A DNA stretch of 64,000 bases from Deltaproteobacteria bacterium (GCA_026388415.1 JAPLJV010000061.1:2260-66259); one strand, 5' to 3'. Shown: positions 1 to 10,667, counted from the stretch's first letter. The notes: generated by a model from the sequence alone, not told the origin. Program-made: numbers and translations.

Positions 1-251
1 ATGACGAGGGCATCTGCAACTGGGAGCGAATGCATTTCTTAGGTCTGGAATATCGTTATGTAGCTTTGTACCTGCAGGACAAGCTCAGTTATCAGGATAT
101 GTTCCAGCAGCTCAACACGCGAATTCATCAGTTTGCCAAGCGGCAGGAAACCTGGTTTAGGCGCATGGAAAAACAGGGGGCAACGATTAACTGGCTGGAA
201 TATCCGGACTATGAAAAGCTGCAAAGATTGGTTAAACGCTTATGGGCGTGA
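1..251 (+). CDS. miaA: tRNA dimethylallyltransferase MiaA, C-terminal fragment (5' end outside window)
   Basis: Frame 3 is open from the window edge to TGA at 249-251. The tail HQFAKRQETWFRRMEKQG matches the conserved MiaA C-terminal AKRQxTWFR motif. Confidence 0.7.
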   Translation, partial: DEGICNWERMHFLGLEYRYVALYLQDKLSYQDMFQQLNTRIHQFAKRQETWFRRMEKQGATINWLEYPDYEKLQRLVKRLWA

Positions 252-1501
252 TGATTCCCCGGCATATCCAGGAGTACGAAGATAAATTCGCCTTGCTGGA
301 TCGTCCCCTCGTTGCCTCGGAACTGGGCGGCATTGAGCGGATAGTGGTTATCCCGGCCCTGGCGGAAAAAAGTTCTCTTCCGGCCACCCTAGCCAGTCTG
401 GCCCACAATCCTGACCGGGAACTTGGGCGTTCCCTGATTCTTTGCGTGATCAATAACCGGGGCTTAAATGTCAGCTCTCCCGCAGAAATCAAAGACAATC
501 AGGAGACCATCCAATATTTGCACTCCCTGATCAAAGGTTGGCCGGGCCACGCCCCCGTCCCCACCAACCTGCGGCTGGCCTATATAGATGCCTCTTCGCC
601 GGGGAGGGAAATGCCGGATAAGTACGGCGGCGTGGGGACGGCCCGGAAGCTCGGTCTGGATGCGGCCTTGCGATTATTTGATTATACCCGGCCCGGCAAG
701 AAACTCCTGATCAGTCTGGATGCCGACACACTGGTGGAGGATAACTATCTGGAGGCGATCAGGAGTTTTTTCCAGCCGGAAAACGCGGCGGCCGTGGTGA
801 ACTATGTCCACCAGATACCCGCTGCTGCCCGCGAGCGCCTGGCGATCGTCAATTATGAAATATTTCTGCGTTATTATGTGCTCGGGCTCCGTTATGCCGG
901 TTCGCCTTATGCTTTTCCTTCCATCGGTTCCACCATGGTCTGTACGGCGGAGGCCTACGTGGCGGTGGGCGGCATGAACCGGCGGGATGCCGCGGAGGAT
1001 TTCTATTTTCTGAATAAATTGGCTAAGTTCCAGGCTGTCGGTTCCATCGGGACCACAACCGTTTATCCTTCGGCCCGACCTTCCCGGCGCGTTCCTTTCG
1101 GTACCGGCCGGCGCATCACCCGGTTTCTGGAAGAGGGTGAAGAGGAGTGGTTACTCTACGATCCGTGCATCTTTATAATCCTGAAACGCTGGCTGCAGGC
1201 GATGGAAGCGGCGCCGGACAGGGAAACGGCCGAGATAATGATCCAGGCCGGTCAGATTGACGCCCGGCTCCTCGCCTTTTTGGAACTACACCAGTTTCCA
1301 GCGGCCTGGGCCAGAATCAGAAAGAACGTCAGACGTCGCGAAGGCCTGCAGCGCCACTTCCACTGCTGGTTTGATGGCTTCAAGACCCTGAAACTGGTGC
1401 ATTATCTTACGGACCAGGGCCTGCCACAAATCAACATGTTCAGCGCTCTGGAGGGGCTCTTGCGCTTGATGGGGGAGCGCAGCGGCTGTTCGAATTGCTA
1501 A
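242..1501 (+). CDS. glycosyltransferase, family 2-like (GT-A fold)
   Basis: 419-aa ORF whose ATG overlaps the miaA stop. It has a VVIPA...N-terminal strand and an LISLDADTLVEDNY DxD-type motif typical of GT2 enzymes. Substrate unknown. Confidence 0.55.
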   Translation: MGVMIPRHIQEYEDKFALLDRPLVASELGGIERIVVIPALAEKSSLPATLASLAHNPDRELGRSLILCVINNRGLNVSSPAEIKDNQETIQYLHSLIKGWPGHAPVPTNLRLAYIDASSPGREMPDKYGGVGTARKLGLDAALRLFDYTRPGKKLLISLDADTLVEDNYLEAIRSFFQPENAAAVVNYVHQIPAAARERLAIVNYEIFLRYYVLGLRYAGSPYAFPSIGSTMVCTAEAYVAVGGMNRRDAAEDFYFLNKLAKFQAVGSIGTTTVYPSARPSRRVPFGTGRRITRFLEEGEEEWLLYDPCIFIILKRWLQAMEAAPDRETAEIMIQAGQIDARLLAFLELHQFPAAWARIRKNVRRREGLQRHFHCWFDGFKTLKLVHYLTDQGLPQINMFSALEGLLRLMGERSGCSNC

Positions 1502-1653
1502 TCTCCATGTTCTGCTTTTTCTGGCGGTAACGGGATAGAAACGTTCCCTGGGTTGAGGAATTTTCAGACAGCCTCCCTTTCCCTTGACGCACCCTGAACA
1601 ATATTCCCCGCTTATTTTCTTGACAAACGCCACAAATTTTTATCCTATGCGGC

Positions 1654-2127
1654 ATGTTAACGGCAAACGATGACATGTTCATGGAGTTGGCCCTTGGGGA
1701 GGCCGGCGCTGCCCGGGCGGCAGGAGAGGTGCCGGTCGGGGCCGTCATTACCTGCGGGAACGATATCCTGGCCAGGGCGCACAACCTGCCGATTGCGCTG
1801 CACGATCCGTCCGCCCATGCGGAAATTATGGCTATCCGTGCAGCAGCCCAAATTATGTCCAATTACCGGCTTACCGGGACGACGCTTTATGTGACGCTGG
1901 AGCCCTGTGTCATGTGTTGCGGAGCCATTGTGCAGGCTCGCATCAGCCGATTGGTCTTTGGCGCACGGGATGCCAAAAGCGGCGCCGTGGTTTCGCTCTA
2001 TCATCTGCTGGACGATGGGAAACTCAACCACTCGGTGGCAATTACCGAGGGTGTGCGGGGGGATGCCTGTGCGGAAATTATGAGTGGATTTTTCCGGGAA
2101 AAGAGGATAACATCCGCCGCTCGTTAA
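1654..2127 (+). CDS. tadA: tRNA adenosine(34) deaminase TadA
   Basis: 157 aa with the zinc-deaminase signature HAEIMAIRAA ... TLEPCVMCCGAI (H-A-E / PCxxC). Size and N-terminus are typical of TadA. Confidence 0.9.
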   Translation: MLTANDDMFMELALGEAGAARAAGEVPVGAVITCGNDILARAHNLPIALHDPSAHAEIMAIRAAAQIMSNYRLTGTTLYVTLEPCVMCCGAIVQARISRLVFGARDAKSGAVVSLYHLLDDGKLNHSVAITEGVRGDACAEIMSGFFREKRITSAAR

Positions 2128-2144
2128 CACATATAAGGAATTGT

Positions 2145-2238
2145 GGAGAGGTACCGAAGTGGTCGTAACGGGATCGACTCGAAATCGATTTGGGGGCCAA
2201 AAGCTCCCACGGGGGTTCGAATCCCCCTCTCTCCGCCA
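2145..2238 (+). tRNA. tRNA-Ser (anticodon CGA), CCA encoded
   Basis: Acceptor GGAGAGG/CCTCTCC, anticodon stem-loop ATCGA-CTCGAAA-TCGAT, long variable arm, T-loop GGTTCGAATCC, 3' GCCA. Confidence 0.95.
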
Positions 2239-2265
2239 TTAAAAAATTGTGTGATTTCAATATAC

Positions 2266-2359
<94 letters not shown>

Positions 2360-2392
2360 TATATTGAGATTTTTGTCAGGCGACGATTATTA

Positions 2393-2492
2393 GGTAGCCG
2401 GGCCCTGCGCAACAGAGGGTTGTGAACCCCGTCAGGTCCGGAAGGAAGCAGCGGCAGCAATTACCGACGTGTGTGCGGCCAGCCTGGCTATC
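2393..2492 (+). ncRNA. ffs: signal recognition particle RNA (small 4.5S-type SRP RNA)
   Basis: Contains GTCAGGTCCGGAAGGAAGCAGC, near-identical to the E. coli 4.5S domain IV core. The ends (TAGCCGGGC / GCCAGCCTGGCTA) pair into the closing helix. It lies directly upstream of dnaX, as in many bacteria. Ends are approximate. Confidence 0.85.
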
Positions 2493-2540
2493 TTTAAAAT
2501 TTTCCCATCCACTTCGTTCATGGCATAATAAGGAAGCAAA

Positions 2541-4217
2541 ATGGAATATCTCGTCTTAGCGCGCAAGTGGCGGCCTCAGAGTTTCAACGATCTGGTAGGC
2601 CAGGAGCATGTGTCCCGGACGCTCACGAACGCCATTTTACAGAACCGCATTGCCCATGCCTATATTTTCAGCGGTCCGCGCGGGGTCGGCAAGACCTCTG
2701 TGGCCCGGATACTGGCCAAAGCCCTGAACTGCGTAGAGGGGCCAACCCCGACGCCCTGCCAGGTATGCTCCCATTGCCTGGAAATTACCGCGGGAAAGTC
2801 CATGGATGTGCGTGAGATTGACGGCGCTTCGAACCGCGGCATTGATGAGATCAGAGAACTACGTGAAAACGTCAAATTTTCTCCCGCCTCCGGTCGCTAC
2901 AAGATCTACATTATTGATGAAGTCCACATGCTTACCGCGCCGGCCTTCAACGCCCTGCTGAAGACACTGGAGGAGCCGCCCTCCCATGTGGTTTTCCTCT
3001 TTGCCACCACTGAACTGAACAAGATCCCGGCCACGATCCTTTCCCGCTGCCAGGGTCATGATTTTCGCATCATCCCGCTCAAGCAGATTGTGGAAAAATT
3101 GCAGCAGATAGCCACGGCGGAGCAGATCGTCATCAGCGCCGCCGGGCTGGCCTGGATCGCCGCGGCAGGCAAGGGGAGTTTACGGGATGCCCAGAGCATC
3201 TTTGACCAGGTGATCTCCTATGCCGGTGCGGCTATCAAGGACACCGATGTGGAGGAACTGCTGGGTCTGGCGGACCGGCGCTTTCTTTTTCAGCTCTCCG
3301 CGGCAATCCTCGCGAAAGATGCCGGTAAGTGTCTGCAAGTCATCAATGACGGTTATTATGCCGGTCTGGATATGAAGCATTTCTTCCAGTTGCTGCTTAA
3401 TCATTTCCGCAACCTGCTCTTTGTTAAAATCGCCGGCCCGAACCCCTCCCTTTTTGACCTGACGGAAGATGATATTGTGCAATTGCAGACCCAGGTGGCC
3501 GGTGCGGCGCGGGAGACCATCCAGAGACTATTGGACATTCTGCTTTCGGAAGAGGAAAACATGCGCCGGACTCAGGATCCCCGGTTGCATTTAGAGACGG
3601 CGATTGTCAGAATGGCCTATGTAGAGGAGCTGATCCCGATTGCGGAAGTGCTGGCGAGAATGGAAGCGCTGGAAAAAAAGCTTGCGGCAGGGGGGGCGTC
3701 AAAGGTAGCGCTCCCGGCAGCGAACCGGACGAATCCGCCCGTGTCACCGCTTTCGGCTGCGGCCAAGGTTCCTTCGCCGCCGCTGGTTCAGGAGGATCAG
3801 CGCGGGTACAGCGCCGCCGATGCTGCACCGGAGCAGCGGTGGGCGGATTATAAAGCCCATGTTAAAAAACAGAGCCCCGGTCTGGGGTCAAACATCGCTC
3901 AGGGGGTATTTATCAGTTATGCGGAGGAAGCCGTAACGGTCGGTTTTCCAGTGGGATTCGCCTTGGATTATGTCCGGGAAAGAGAGCATCTGGAACGCCT
4001 GGTAGAGCTGGCCCGGCCATTTTTTGGCACCCATGTCCAGTTGAAGTTTGAGACCATTAAAGCTGACCAGGGCGATCTGCCGGGCAAGCCCAATGGGATG
4101 GCCGGAAATAACCATGATTTGCGTCAGGAAGCCATGAACCAGCCGTTGCTGCAAAAGGCGATTGACCTGTTTGAAGGCGCAGAAGTGCGGGAGATTATTC
4201 CGCGCAGAAATAGTTAA
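2541..4217 (+). CDS. dnaX: DNA polymerase III subunit gamma/tau
   Basis: 558 aa with Walker A GPRGVGKTS, a zinc module CQVCSHC, Walker B DEVHML and sensor SRC, plus a Pro/Ala-rich linker and tau-type C-terminus. Confidence 0.95.
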   Translation: MEYLVLARKWRPQSFNDLVGQEHVSRTLTNAILQNRIAHAYIFSGPRGVGKTSVARILAKALNCVEGPTPTPCQVCSHCLEITAGKSMDVREIDGASNRGIDEIRELRENVKFSPASGRYKIYIIDEVHMLTAPAFNALLKTLEEPPSHVVFLFATTELNKIPATILSRCQGHDFRIIPLKQIVEKLQQIATAEQIVISAAGLAWIAAAGKGSLRDAQSIFDQVISYAGAAIKDTDVEELLGLADRRFLFQLSAAILAKDAGKCLQVINDGYYAGLDMKHFFQLLLNHFRNLLFVKIAGPNPSLFDLTEDDIVQLQTQVAGAARETIQRLLDILLSEEENMRRTQDPRLHLETAIVRMAYVEELIPIAEVLARMEALEKKLAAGGASKVALPAANRTNPPVSPLSAAAKVPSPPLVQEDQRGYSAADAAPEQRWADYKAHVKKQSPGLGSNIAQGVFISYAEEAVTVGFPVGFALDYVREREHLERLVELARPFFGTHVQLKFETIKADQGDLPGKPNGMAGNNHDLRQEAMNQPLLQKAIDLFEGAEVREIIPRRNS

Positions 4218-4244
4218 AAATTGCACAGGAGGTAAGTAAATTTA

Positions 4245-4556
4245 ATGCAGAATATCGGAGAGATGATGAAGCAGGCCAAGCGGCTTCAGGAGAAGATGGG
4301 CAGCCTGCAAAAGGAGCTGGAGACAAGGACCGTGGAGACCAGCGCCGGCGGTGGGATGGTGGCGGTCGTGGTCAACGGCAAATTTGAGCTGCAATCACTG
4401 AAGATTGACCGGGAGGTCGTCAACCCGGATGATCTGGAAATGTTAGAGGACCTGATTGTGGCGGCGGTCAACGAAGGTATCCGGAAGGCGCAGGAGATGG
4501 CTTCGTCGGAGATGGCGAAACTTACCGGGGGGCTGAAAATCCCCGGCCTGATGTGA
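4245..4556 (+). CDS. ybaB: nucleoid-associated protein YbaB/EbfC
   Basis: 103 aa with N-terminal [12 protein letters not shown] and a GGGMVAV..NGK core. It sits in the conserved dnaX-ybaB-recR position. Confidence 0.9.
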   Translation: MQNIGEMMKQAKRLQEKMGSLQKELETRTVETSAGGGMVAVVVNGKFELQSLKIDREVVNPDDLEMLEDLIVAAVNEGIRKAQEMASSEMAKLTGGLKIPGLM

Positions 4557-4563
4557 TGCGCAT

Positions 4564-5166
4564 ATGACCGGCTACGCCTTACCCATAAAAAGGCTGATCA
4601 AGGAACTTTCCCGATTCCCCGGCATCGGCGAGAAAACGGCGATCCGTCTGGCCACCTTTATCCTGCGAGCCTCGGATGAGGAAGCCCGGAAGCTGGCCGA
4701 AAGCATTCTGGAGGTTAAACGGGCGATCCGGCTCTGCCCGATTTGTTTTAATTTTACGGAAAATGACTGCTGCGATATCTGTGCTGACCAGAACCGGGAC
4801 AGGGAAACCATCTGTATCGTGGAAGAGCCCGATGCCCTGATCGCCATCGAGGAAAGCGGCGAGTACCGGGGGCTCTATCATGTTCTCCACGGCGTCCTGG
4901 CCCCGCTCGATGGAATTGGCCCGGAGCAACTGAAGATCCGCGAACTTCTGCACCGCATAGCCGGGAACGTAATCCGGGAAATTATCGTCGCGACGAATCC
5001 GAATGTCCAGGGAGAATCAACGGCCCTGCTCATTACCGGGCTCGTCAAGGAAAAAGGGATCAAGGTAACCCGCATCGCTTTGGGGGTGCCGGTCGGGGGC
5101 GACCTCAAATACGCCGATCCGATGACCCTGGCCAAATCCATTGAATTCCGGCGGGGCATGGAATAG
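4564..5166 (+). CDS. recR: recombination protein RecR
   Basis: 200 aa with an HhH N-terminus (PGIGEKTA), a C4 zinc finger [16 protein letters not shown], and a Toprim region ([10 protein letters not shown]). Confidence 0.95.
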   Translation: MTGYALPIKRLIKELSRFPGIGEKTAIRLATFILRASDEEARKLAESILEVKRAIRLCPICFNFTENDCCDICADQNRDRETICIVEEPDALIAIEESGEYRGLYHVLHGVLAPLDGIGPEQLKIRELLHRIAGNVIREIIVATNPNVQGESTALLITGLVKEKGIKVTRIALGVPVGGDLKYADPMTLAKSIEFRRGME

Positions 5167-5256
5167 CATTGACGGAATAATTATTGACAGAAAAAAGTAT
5201 TTATAATAACGCTTCGCGCTCAGCACTTATTAAGTATTAACGTAGGAGATTGTCCG

Positions 5257-5802
5257 ATGATAGAGATCAGGTGGCATGGAAGAGGCGGTCAGGGCGCGGT
5301 GACATCCGTGGAATTGCTTGCGCTGGCGGCCATTGAGGAAGGGAAATATGCCCAGGGCTTTCCCAGCTTTGGCCCGGAGCGCCGGGGCGCCCCCGTGGCG
5401 GCTTTCAACCGCGTGGATGATAAACAGATCAAGGTCCGTTCCGGCATCTATCGTCCCGATGTGGTGATCGTGCTTGATGAGGGGCTGATAGGCCTCGTGG
5501 ACGTTGCCGAGGGCTTGAAAGAAGACGGCATCCTCATTGTCAATACGAAGCGAAGCCGGGCGGAGATAAAAAAAGCCCTGAACTATAAAAAACGGCTGGG
5601 GATTGTGAATGGTTCGGCAATCGCCTGGAAAGAGCTGGGCGTCCCCATTACCAATACCACCATGCTGGGCGCCCTGATCAAAGCCACTGCTGTGGTGAAG
5701 ATGGCATCCATGCGGGTGCCGGTTGAGCATCGCTTCGGCCGGATTGCTCCGAAAAATTTGCAGGCCATGCAAAGGGCTTATGACGAGTTGAAAATAAATT
5801 AA
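5257..5802 (+). CDS. 2-oxoacid (pyruvate-type):ferredoxin oxidoreductase, gamma subunit
   Basis: 181 aa with the N-terminal IRWHGRGGQG motif of POR/VOR gamma subunits. It is the first gene of a gamma-delta-alpha-beta set. Substrate cannot be assigned from sequence alone. Confidence 0.85.
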   Translation: MIEIRWHGRGGQGAVTSVELLALAAIEEGKYAQGFPSFGPERRGAPVAAFNRVDDKQIKVRSGIYRPDVVIVLDEGLIGLVDVAEGLKEDGILIVNTKRSRAEIKKALNYKKRLGIVNGSAIAWKELGVPITNTTMLGALIKATAVVKMASMRVPVEHRFGRIAPKNLQAMQRAYDELKIN

Positions 5803-5825
5803 CGAATTAATTCCGAGGTAAGGTG

Positions 5826-6116
5826 ATGGCAGACAAGAAATGGCCAGAAAACTGGCAGGAAGTCAACCCGGGATGCATCGTATTCCGTCCCGGAAGCGCG
5901 CGGGATTATCATACCGGCAGTTGGCGGGCGCTGCGGCCCGTGTGGGATAATGCCAAGTGCATCAAGTGCGGTATTTGCTATATATTCTGCCCGGAGGGTT
6001 GCATCTCCGCCGATGCGGATGGCTATTTCGCGGCTGATCTGAATTATTGCAAGGGCTGTGGGATTTGCTCCCATGAATGCTGGCCGCAGGCCATAAAGAT
6101 GGTGGGGGAGGGATAG
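5826..6116 (+). CDS. 2-oxoacid:ferredoxin oxidoreductase, delta subunit (2x[4Fe-4S] ferredoxin)
   Basis: Two cluster motifs, CIKCGICYIFCP and CKGCGICSHECW. ATG at 5826 is preferred over GTG at 5823 because of GAGG 8 nt upstream. Confidence 0.85.
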   Translation: MADKKWPENWQEVNPGCIVFRPGSARDYHTGSWRALRPVWDNAKCIKCGICYIFCPEGCISADADGYFAADLNYCKGCGICSHECWPQAIKMVGEG

Positions 6117-6119
6117 GCC

Positions 6120-7298
6120 ATGTCGAAACGTATTGGTATGGAAGTAGCGATGGCCGTGGCGGAAGCCGTGGCCCTGTGTCGGCCTGATGTGGCGGCTGTG
6201 TATCCCATTACACCCAACACGCATGTGGCGGAGCATCTGTCGGATATTGTCGCCGAAGGCAGGTTGGACGCGGAGTTTATCACGGTGGAATCGGAACATT
6301 CTGCCATGAGCTGCGTCATGGGCGCTTCCGGGACGGGGGCCAGAACCTTTACCGCTACGAGTTCCCAGGGGCTGATGTATATGGCGGAAGTATTACCCAT
6401 TGCCTCGGCCATGCGACTGCCCATTGTCATGTCCGTTGCCAACCGGGCCATCTCCGGGCCGCTGAACATCTGGAACGATCACAGCGACATCATGTATCAG
6501 CGCGATGCCGGCTGGATTTCCATTTTTGGAGAAAATGGCCAGCAAATGATAGATATGGCCATCCAGGCCTTCAAGATTGCCGAACACCGCGATGTCATGC
6601 TGCCGGTCAATTTCAATATGGATGGTTTCCAGCTTACCCACATGGTGGAACCCTTCGAGCTTCCCTCGCAGGAGGAGGTGGATAAATTCCTGCCTCCTTA
6701 CGTTCCTTACGCCACGCTCCATCCAGACAAGCCGGTAACAATGGGCGCTCTGGGTTTGCCGGAGATATTCAACGAGATGATGAAAGGCAAGGATAACGCA
6801 CTCGTCAACTCGAAGAAGGTTATTCTCCAGGTGTGGAAGGAATGGGAAAAAATGTTTGGCCGGAAATATGAGCCCGTCACTTCCTATCGGACGGAAGACG
6901 CCAAAGTGTTGTTGATGACCATGGGTTCAATGGGTGAGACGGCGGAGATTGCGGTGGACGAATTGCGGAAAAAGGGTAAAAGGGTAGGGCTGCTGAAGTT
7001 GAAACTTTGGCGCCCCTTCCCCTTTGCGGAGTTGAAGAAGGCCGTTCAGGGCGCTTCGGTGCTGGCCGTGCTGGACCGGGCGGTTTCCTTCGGCGGCCCC
7101 GGCGGCCCTCTCGGTTCTGAGGTCCGGTCGGCCCTTTATCACGAATCGGATCGCCCCGTGGTGCTGGATTATCTCATTGGTCTCGGCGGACGCGACATGA
7201 TGGTGGAGGATTTTATGGCGATTGCCGAAAAGGCAGCGAAGGCAGCCGGCAAGGGAACGAAGGAATTGTACGAATTCTACGGAGTTAGAGGAGCCTGA
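6120..7298 (+). CDS. 2-oxoacid:ferredoxin oxidoreductase, alpha subunit
   Basis: 392 aa. The N-terminus GMEVAMAVAEAVALCRPDVAAVYPITP is typical of POR/VOR alpha subunits, and the gene is tightly linked to the neighbouring subunit genes. Confidence 0.9.
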   Translation: MSKRIGMEVAMAVAEAVALCRPDVAAVYPITPNTHVAEHLSDIVAEGRLDAEFITVESEHSAMSCVMGASGTGARTFTATSSQGLMYMAEVLPIASAMRLPIVMSVANRAISGPLNIWNDHSDIMYQRDAGWISIFGENGQQMIDMAIQAFKIAEHRDVMLPVNFNMDGFQLTHMVEPFELPSQEEVDKFLPPYVPYATLHPDKPVTMGALGLPEIFNEMMKGKDNALVNSKKVILQVWKEWEKMFGRKYEPVTSYRTEDAKVLLMTMGSMGETAEIAVDELRKKGKRVGLLKLKLWRPFPFAELKKAVQGASVLAVLDRAVSFGGPGGPLGSEVRSALYHESDRPVVLDYLIGLGGRDMMVEDFMAIAEKAAKAAGKGTKELYEFYGVRGA

Positions 7299-7300
7299 AT

Positions 7301-8284
7301 ATGTCAAACAACCCACAGGGTTTGATCGAGAATTTTGATTTATTTGCCCCGAAGTTAGTGGACAAGGAAGAATACTTCAGTTGCGGTCACCGCGCCTGTC
7401 AGGGTTGCGGTGAAGCCCTGGCCATCCGTCTGATGTGCAAGGCCCTGGGCAAGGACACCGTCATCGCCAATGCCACGGGCTGCATGGAGGTCGTATCTTC
7501 TCTGTACCCCACCACGGCCTGGAAGCTGCCCTGGATACATGTGGCCTTTCCCAACTCGGCCGCGGTCGGATCGGGTGTGGAGGCGGGATTGAAGGCTTTG
7601 CGGCGCAAGGGGAAAATCGCCGACCGGCGCGTGAAGGCCGTGGCCATCGGCGGCGATGGCGGCACCCTGGATATCGGTTTTCAGGCCCTTTCCGGCGCGA
7701 TGGAGCGGGGTCATGACCTGCTTTACGTCTGTTTCGATAATGAAGCCTACATGAATACGGGCATCCAGCGTTCCAGCTCCACTCCTTTCGGCGCTTCAAC
7801 CACGACGGCCCCGGCTGGCAAGCAGAGCATCGGCAACAAAACCTGGAAAAAGAATGCACCGGAAATCATGGTGGCCCATAACGTCCCCTACGTGGCCACG
7901 GCGTGCCACAGCTATCCGCTGGATTTCATGAACAAGGTCAAGAAGGCCCGGCAGGTTAAAGGTCCGGCCTATATCCAATGCCTTTCCGTGTGCCCCACGG
8001 GGTGGCGGTGCGGTTCGGAAGTCTGTATAAAAATGGGACGTCTGGCTGTGGAGACGGGGGTTTTCCCGCTGTATGAAGTGGAAAACGGGAAGTACCGGAT
8101 GACGATGGACATGCCGAAAAAGCGGCGGCCGGTGGAAGATTACATCAAGCTCCAAGGGCGTTTCCGTCATCTCCGGCCGGACCAGATCAAGTCCATCCAG
8201 CAGCGCGTGGATATGGAATACCGTTTGTTGGAGAACAAGGTGGAACACTCTTTTTCCTGGCTTTTAACCGGCTCGGAAGAATAA
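7301..8284 (+). CDS. 2-oxoacid:ferredoxin oxidoreductase, beta subunit (TPP-binding)
   Basis: 327 aa with CGHRACQGCG cluster ligands and the TPP motif IGGDGGTLDIG ... NEAYMNTG. Confidence 0.9.
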   Translation: MSNNPQGLIENFDLFAPKLVDKEEYFSCGHRACQGCGEALAIRLMCKALGKDTVIANATGCMEVVSSLYPTTAWKLPWIHVAFPNSAAVGSGVEAGLKALRRKGKIADRRVKAVAIGGDGGTLDIGFQALSGAMERGHDLLYVCFDNEAYMNTGIQRSSSTPFGASTTTAPAGKQSIGNKTWKKNAPEIMVAHNVPYVATACHSYPLDFMNKVKKARQVKGPAYIQCLSVCPTGWRCGSEVCIKMGRLAVETGVFPLYEVENGKYRMTMDMPKKRRPVEDYIKLQGRFRHLRPDQIKSIQQRVDMEYRLLENKVEHSFSWLLTGSEE

Positions 8285-8329
8285 AGGTCAACAATCAATT
8301 TTACAGGCAATTATTAGGGTGGATGAAGC

Positions 8330-8815
8330 ATGAAAACCGCGAAAACCGTTGAATTGAAAAAGGCCAGAGAGATCGTCGCCCGGTATCATGGCGAGCGGAG
8401 CTCTTTGATAGCCATTCTGCAGGATGTCCAGGAGGCTTACCGGTATTTGCCGCAGGAAGCCCTCAGCTATATCAGCCAGGAACTGTTCGTACCCCTGACG
8501 AAGGTTTATGAAGTGGCCACCTTTTACAAGGCCTTCAGCCTGACTCCGCAGGGCGAGCATATCGTTAAGCTCTGTATGGGCACGGCCTGTCATGTGCGCG
8601 GAGCGGCCAATATTCTCGATCAGCTGGAAAGGACTTTGCACTTGAAGCCCGGTCAGACGAGCCGCGATTACCAGTTTACGCTGGAAACGGTGAACTGTGT
8701 CGGGGCCTGTGCGCTGGGCCCGGTCATGGTGACGGACGGAGAATATCATGGGCAGGTGAACTTGAAAAAGGCAGATAAAGTCATCGCATCGCTGCAGAAG
8801 GGGGCACGGTCATGA
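8330..8815 (+). CDS. NuoE/HoxE-like thioredoxin-fold [2Fe-2S] subunit of an NAD(P)H-linked diaphorase
   Basis: 161 aa with [10 protein letters not shown] ... CVGACALGP, the NuoE-type 2Fe-2S ligand pattern. An ATGA overlap links it to the next gene. Confidence 0.85.
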   Translation: MKTAKTVELKKAREIVARYHGERSSLIAILQDVQEAYRYLPQEALSYISQELFVPLTKVYEVATFYKAFSLTPQGEHIVKLCMGTACHVRGAANILDQLERTLHLKPGQTSRDYQFTLETVNCVGACALGPVMVTDGEYHGQVNLKKADKVIASLQKGARS

Positions 8816-10656
8816 AAAGAGTGGCAGATGCCAAGGAATTGAAGAAACTTCAGGAGACACTGGCTAAGCAATGGGATCCCAAAAAGCCGCTGGTCACGAT
8901 TTGCGCCGGCACTGGCTGCCGCGGTTACGGTTGCGTCAAGGTCAAGGAAGCTCTGGAGCAGGAAATAGTTAAACAGAAACTGAAAGTTGAGGTCAAGGCG
9001 ACGGGTTGCTTCGGATTCTGTGAAAAAGGTCCGCTCGTCGTCATTTATCCCCAGAAGATTTTTTATCAGCAGGTCAAGCTCGAAGATGTGGCCGACATTG
9101 TTGCCAAGACGGTGGCCAAGGGCGAGGTGCTGGAGAAGCTCCTTTATCGCGATCCCCAGACCGGCAAACAGGTCCGGCAGGAAGAGGACGTGCCCTTCTA
9201 CAAGAAACAAAAGCGCCTTATTTTTGGTTCCAATGGTCTGATTGATCCGACACGGATTGAGGACTACCTGGCCCTGGGCGGCTATACGGCCCTGGGCAAA
9301 GCTTTGGCGATGACTCCGACGGGGATTATTGAGGAAGTGAAAAAAGCGGGTCTGCGCGGTCGTGGCGGCGGCGGTTTTTCGACGGGCGTCAAGTGGGAAG
9401 GTTGCCGGGAGGCCCACGGAGCGACGAAGTATGTCATCGGTAATGGCGATGAGGGCGATCCTGGCGCTTACATGGACCGGAGCCTCATGGAGGGTAATCC
9501 CCACAGTGTCCTGGAAGGCATGATCATCGGCGCTTATGCCATCGGCGCCCGGCAGGGCTTCATATACGTGCGGAATGAATATCCGCTGGCGGTACTCCAC
9601 CTGACTATGGCCATTGCGAGCGCCCGCGAGGCGGGTCTTTTGGGGCAAAATATCCTTGGTTCAGGTTTTAGTTTTGATATTGCGATCAACCGGGGCGGCG
9701 GTGCTTTTGTGTGCGGCGAATCGTCGGCCCTGTTCGCTTCTCTCGAAGGCCGCGCCGGGGAACCGCGCGCCAAGTATGTCCATGCCGTCGAAAAGGGACT
9801 CTGGGACAACCCCACCGTCTTGAATAACGTGGAAACCTGGGCCAATGTGCCGCTCATCATCAATAAGGGCCATAAGTGGTATGGCGCCATCGGCACGGCC
9901 AAGAGCAAGGGCACCAAGATATTTTCACTGGTGGGCAAGATCAATAATACGGGTCTCGTGGAAGTTCCCATGGGTATGCCCCTCCGGGAGATCATCTACG
10001 ACATCGGCGGCGGCATTCCCAAAGGGAGAAAGTTCAAGGCGGTGCAGACCGGCGGCCCCTCGGGCGGCTGCATCCCCGAGAGTCTGCTGGACCTGCCGGT
10101 GGACTTTGACAAGCTCTATGAGGTTGGTTCCATGATGGGTTCGGGCGGCATGATCGTTATGGATGATCGTTCCTGCATGGTGGATGTGGCGAAATATTTT
10201 CTGTCCTTCCTGCAGGAGGAATCGTGCGGGAAATGCGTCCCCTGTCGGGAAGGTGTCCGCCGGATGAAGGAAATTCTGGCAGAGATCTGCGCCGGGCGCG
10301 GCCGGGAAGAAGATATCGCGCTTTTGGAAAGCATGTCCCACGCCATCAAAGACGGCGCCCTCTGTGCGCTGGGCGGGAGCGCCCCGAACCCGGTCTTGAG
10401 CACCATCCGGTATTTCCGGGCCGAGTATGAGGCCCACATCCGCGACAAGCGCTGCCCCGCCGGTGTCTGCAAAGGGCTGATCCGTTACTCTATTACGGCG
10501 GATAAGTGCACCGCTTGCGGCGTCTGCCTGAAGGCCTGCCCCACGGGGGCGATCAGCGGCGCGAAGAAAACACCTCATAAGATCAACAAAGCCAAGTGCA
10601 TCAAATGCGGCGCCTGTATTGAAAGCTGCAAGTTTGACGCGATTAATGTTCAGTAA
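8812..10656 (+). CDS. NuoF/HoxF/HydB-like flavoprotein subunit (FMN, NAD(H), Fe-S) with N-terminal 2Fe-2S and C-terminal 2x[4Fe-4S] domains
   Basis: 614 aa with [10 protein letters not shown] and NGDEGDPGA (NAD/FMN site), [12 protein letters not shown] (N3-type cluster), and C-terminal [12 protein letters not shown] and [11 protein letters not shown]. Confidence 0.9.
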   Translation: MKRVADAKELKKLQETLAKQWDPKKPLVTICAGTGCRGYGCVKVKEALEQEIVKQKLKVEVKATGCFGFCEKGPLVVIYPQKIFYQQVKLEDVADIVAKTVAKGEVLEKLLYRDPQTGKQVRQEEDVPFYKKQKRLIFGSNGLIDPTRIEDYLALGGYTALGKALAMTPTGIIEEVKKAGLRGRGGGGFSTGVKWEGCREAHGATKYVIGNGDEGDPGAYMDRSLMEGNPHSVLEGMIIGAYAIGARQGFIYVRNEYPLAVLHLTMAIASAREAGLLGQNILGSGFSFDIAINRGGGAFVCGESSALFASLEGRAGEPRAKYVHAVEKGLWDNPTVLNNVETWANVPLIINKGHKWYGAIGTAKSKGTKIFSLVGKINNTGLVEVPMGMPLREIIYDIGGGIPKGRKFKAVQTGGPSGGCIPESLLDLPVDFDKLYEVGSMMGSGGMIVMDDRSCMVDVAKYFLSFLQEESCGKCVPCREGVRRMKEILAEICAGRGREEDIALLESMSHAIKDGALCALGGSAPNPVLSTIRYFRAEYEAHIRDKRCPAGVCKGLIRYSITADKCTACGVCLKACPTGAISGAKKTPHKINKAKCIKCGACIESCKFDAINVQ

Positions 10657-10667
10657 AGGTGGGTAAA

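Noticed and set aside
1590-1653. A TTGACA-N16/17-TATCCT promoter that would make tadA leaderless.
   Set aside because: The -10 element is weak and the true tadA start (M1, M8 or M10) is uncertain. This is too speculative to list as a feature.
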